Below are positions 61,567 through 64,000 of a stretch of 64,000 nt of DNA, piece by piece (the stretch's first letter is position 1; every line of letters begins with the position of its first letter). Where the stretch lies: contig CAWJBW010000001.1 in the NCBI GenBank assembly GCA_963841215.1, positions 5,332 through 69,331 of the forward strand, in the 5' to 3' direction. The stretch is from an uncultured Actinomycetes bacterium. GTDB taxonomy: Bacteria > Actinomycetota > Acidimicrobiia > IMCC26256 > PALSA-610. The position numbers and the translations under genes are program-made. The notes below the pieces were generated by a model. It searched no databases. It was not told the origin of the DNA and worked only from the letters and a program-made list of their open reading frames with translations.

Positions 61567-62007
61567 ATGACCTCGTCACCACCCGAACCAGCCGGCGAAC
61601 TCCTGAACACCGCACCTGCGCTCGGCCACTGCCGCCAGTACGGCGGGCTCGTCGTGCGCACGATCCCGGCCCGGGCGCCCAAGTGGACGCGGGGCCGGGC
61701 GGCTGACGGCCGCCGCCCCGGGACCGTCGGCACGGACGACGGCTTCGACGAGTACGTCGTGGCATCACGGGCCGGTCTCCAGCTCGGCGTCGTCGGGCTC
61801 CGCGTCGACCCGGACGGCAGCGCGACGGTCTCTCCCGTGCAAGTGCACCCGTTCGCGCGACTCGCCTCGACCCGCATCGGGGTCGGCGGCGGCGGGGCCG
61901 GCAGCACCGCGGGTGGGCCGACCCGAGTCGGGCGCACGGGCACCGGCATCCAGGGCGTGCTCGTACGCGGCGCCCTGGCCGAGATCGCCCGGCGGCGCGC
62001 CGCCTGA
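61567..62007 (+). CDS. Hypothetical protein, possible GNAT-like fold
   Basis: RBS GGAG; YVVAS..LGVVGL..VQVHP...GTGIQGVLVRGAL pattern resembles GNAT motif A. Confidence 0.45.
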   Translation: MTSSPPEPAGELLNTAPALGHCRQYGGLVVRTIPARAPKWTRGRAADGRRPGTVGTDDGFDEYVVASRAGLQLGVVGLRVDPDGSATVSPVQVHPFARLASTRIGVGGGGAGSTAGGPTRVGRTGTGIQGVLVRGALAEIARRRAA

Positions 62008-62051
62008 GACGGGCGTGGCGGGCGGCGACCGCCGCCGGATCTGGTCATTCG

Positions 62052-62077
62052 GTAACTTTCCGCGCCCTGACCTCGAT
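62052..62077 (+). promoter_or_regulatory. ECF sigma promoter, SigD-like (GTAAC-N17-CGAT)
   Basis: GTAAC 62052-56 and CGAT 62074-77 upstream of a cell-wall gene; matches the recalled actinobacterial SigD consensus. Confidence 0.4.
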
Positions 62078-62093
62078 ATCCCTGACTCGATAT
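62065..62093. repeat. 15-bp tandem duplication in the VanW promoter region
   Basis: CCCTGACCTCGATAT / CCCTGACTCGATAT. Confidence 0.75.
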
Positions 62094-62120
62094 CGGGGCG
62101 AGACAGGTTGCGAAGTTGCC

Positions 62121-63828
62121 ATGGCCTCCGACAGCACCATCGCCGAGCGAGTCTCGGTCAGCGACGCCGACCGGGCACCGGCGCGCTCCGGAGCCCGGCG
62201 CGGGCGCCGTTGGTACGTCCGTGCTCGCCCAGGTCCTCGGCATCGTGGTCGGGTTGCTCGTGGCGGCCGTCGGCGTCGAGCAGCTCCTGTACTCGAACCG
62301 CATCCTGCCCGGGGTGCAGGTCGACGGCGTCAGGGTCGGCCAGAAGACGAACGACGCGGCCCGGGATGCGCTCGCGGACCACGCGGCCACGCTCGAGTCC
62401 GAACCGATCGTCGCCACCGTCGGTGAGCAGCAGCTCACGATCGCGCCGGCCGACGTCGGTCTCCAGGTCGACGCAGATGCGACCTACGAGGCGGCCCGCG
62501 ACGCCGGCCGCACGGATCTCCTCCCGTGGGAGCGGCTCGGCGCGCCCTTCGCCCGCATCGGTTCCGGGAAGGACGTCCCGTGGCGGGTCTCCTACGACAC
62601 GGCCAAAGTCGACGCGATCCTCCAGCAGTGGGAGGCGCAGCAGGTGACCGGCCTCGTGCCCGGCGACGTCACGTTCGCCGGCGGGACCGTCGCCCCGGTG
62701 ATGCCCGCGGTCGGCACCACGGTCGACGCGGCTGCCGCCCGCGCCCCGATCGATGCCGCGCTGCGCAGCGGAACGCGCGAACCCGTCGAACTGCCGACCA
62801 AGCCGGTGCCGCCCGTGCTCACCGACGCGGATGTGCAGGCGGTGGCCGACAGCGCGAACGCGGTGCTGTCGGCGCCGTACGAGGTGGTGACGCCGTCGGC
62901 CACGCTCACCATCACACCCGAACAGGTGGTCACCGCCCTCGGCACCACGCGCCAACCCGACGGTACCGGCCTCGCCCTCGCGGTCGATCCCGCCAAGCTC
63001 GCGACGGCAGTCGGGTCGGGAGCCGACGTGTTCGTCACCGCGCCGGTCGACGCGGGCTTCGTGGTCAACGGCGACAGCACCGTGACGATCGTCCCCTCCC
63101 AAGACGGGCTCACCCTCGATTTCAACGTCGTCGGGCCCGCGATCCTGGCCGGGCAGCGACGCGTCGAAGCGACCCTCGGACCGCTGCACCCGGTCCGGGA
63201 CACCGCCTGGGCCCAAGCGCTCGGGATCAAGGAAGTGGTGGGCTCGTTCACGACCGAGCACCCGTGCTGCGCATCACGCGTGACCAACATCCACCTGGCC
63301 GCGGACCTCATGCAGAACACCGTCCTCGAGCCAGGGGAGACGTTCTCCCTCAATGACGAGGTCGGTCCGCGCACCGCCGCGCGCGGGTTCGTGTCCGCGC
63401 CCGTGTACTACCAGGGCTTCACGACCGACTTCGGCGGCGGCGTGAGTCAGCTCTCCACGACGGTGTTCAACGCCGCGTGGTGGGCGGGTCTCGAGATCGT
63501 GGCGCACCAGCCGCACAGCATCTGGATCACGCGGTATCCGGCCGGCCGTGAAGCCACGCTGAACTACGGCTCGATCGACAACAAGTTCCGCAACAACACT
63601 GCGCACGGCGCGTTGGTGCACACGTCGTACACCGGCACGTCGATCACGGTGACCATCTTCGGCGACAAGGAAGGCAAGGTGGTGCGCGAGGAGAACCGAG
63701 CGGTCACCTCGGGCACCCAGGCCGCCGGCGCACCGTTCGTCGTCGAGTTCGATCGCGTGATCGAGCAACCCAACGTGCCGCTCGTTCGCGAGCACTACCG
63801 GTGGCGCTACCAGCAGTCGAATGAGTAG
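62121..63828 (+). CDS. VanW family protein with PG_binding_4-type domains (frameshift near 62215)
   Basis: N-terminal TM helix, ILPGVQVDGV, PVDAGF, RVTNIHLAA, PGETFSLNDEVGPR, GGGVSQLSTT, HS..ITRYPAGREAT. Confidence 0.9.
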
Positions 63829-63848
63829 GACCGGCGAGTAGGACCGGC
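63823..63848. repeat. 13-bp perfect duplication containing the stop codon
   Basis: GAGTAGGACCGGC x2. Confidence 0.85.
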
Positions 63849-63871
63849 GTCCTGCGGCGCGCGACGGCGTG

Positions 63872-64000
63872 TCAGAGCAGGATGATGAAGACGAGTCCGA
63901 CCACTGCGAGCACGAGCAGGACGATCGCGATCGTGGCGAGCGTGGTCTTCGTCCCCGCCGACATCCCGCCCATCCCCATCACGTCGAGCACGGCTTCTCG
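63872..64000 (-). CDS. C-terminus of a membrane-anchored protein, runs off the window end
   Basis: REAVLDVMGMGGMSAGTKTTLATIAIVLLVLAVVGLVFIILL-TGA. Confidence 0.55.
   Translation of the reverse strand, partial: REAVLDVMGMGGMSAGTKTTLATIAIVLLVLAVVGLVFIILL

Noticed and set aside
62121-63828. Vancomycin resistance cluster
   Set aside because: No vanHAX or vanRS; VanW domains are widespread cell-wall proteins.
227-63828. Mass pseudogenisation or programmed frameshifting
   Set aside because: Indels hit unrelated genes, catalytic motifs are intact and no shared slippery sequence is seen; sequencing error is the simpler explanation.
1-64000. Mobile elements, prophage, defence systems, rRNA or tRNA
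   Set aside because: No transposase, integrase, phage, nuclease or RNA-gene signature was recognised by eye; a tRNAscan-SE/Infernal run would be needed to exclude small RNAs.

Overview
High-GC Actinomycetota DNA (probably Acidimicrobiia; inferred from gene content and leaderless TANNNT promoters). About half of the genes are split by single-base indels, typical of an unpolished long-read assembly, so the gene calls below are stitched across frames. Layout: (1) 1-15.6 kb, a catabolic island with 2 cytochrome P450s, acyl-CoA dehydrogenase, fused TPP-dependent E1 alpha/beta, 3 SDRs, amidohydrolase, cyclase, BVMO, Rieske oxygenase, SnoaL-like and DapB-like genes and 2 TetRs; an 18-bp palindrome (TTGTACCGNTCGGTACAA-like) sits in four of its divergent promoters. 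(2) 15.6-38.4 kb, mixed housekeeping, stress and secreted genes (corA, cold-shock protein, stand-alone LigD polymerase, pirin, PhyH/PhnY-like, Eis-like), plus an RNHCP gene with a CTG start behind an attenuator-like leader and a REP-like palindrome array. (3) 38.4-49.6 kb, a largely translationally coupled cluster for a putatively sulfated and methylated surface glycan: sulfotransferase-coiled-coil-GT fusion, FkbM methyltransferase, membrane-anchored BNR propeller, giant GT4/GT2 protein and two tandem sulfotransferases. This is the best candidate for an undescribed system. (4) 49.6-64 kb, secreted enzymes, FMO/BVMO, dienelactone hydrolase, MFS, AlkZ-like glycosylase, YccA, large LuxR-ATPase and a Ser-type VanW protein. 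At least ten 12-17 bp tandem duplications sit at gene boundaries. No rRNA, tRNA, CRISPR array or transposase was recognised. All calls come from reading motifs by eye; no database searches were run.
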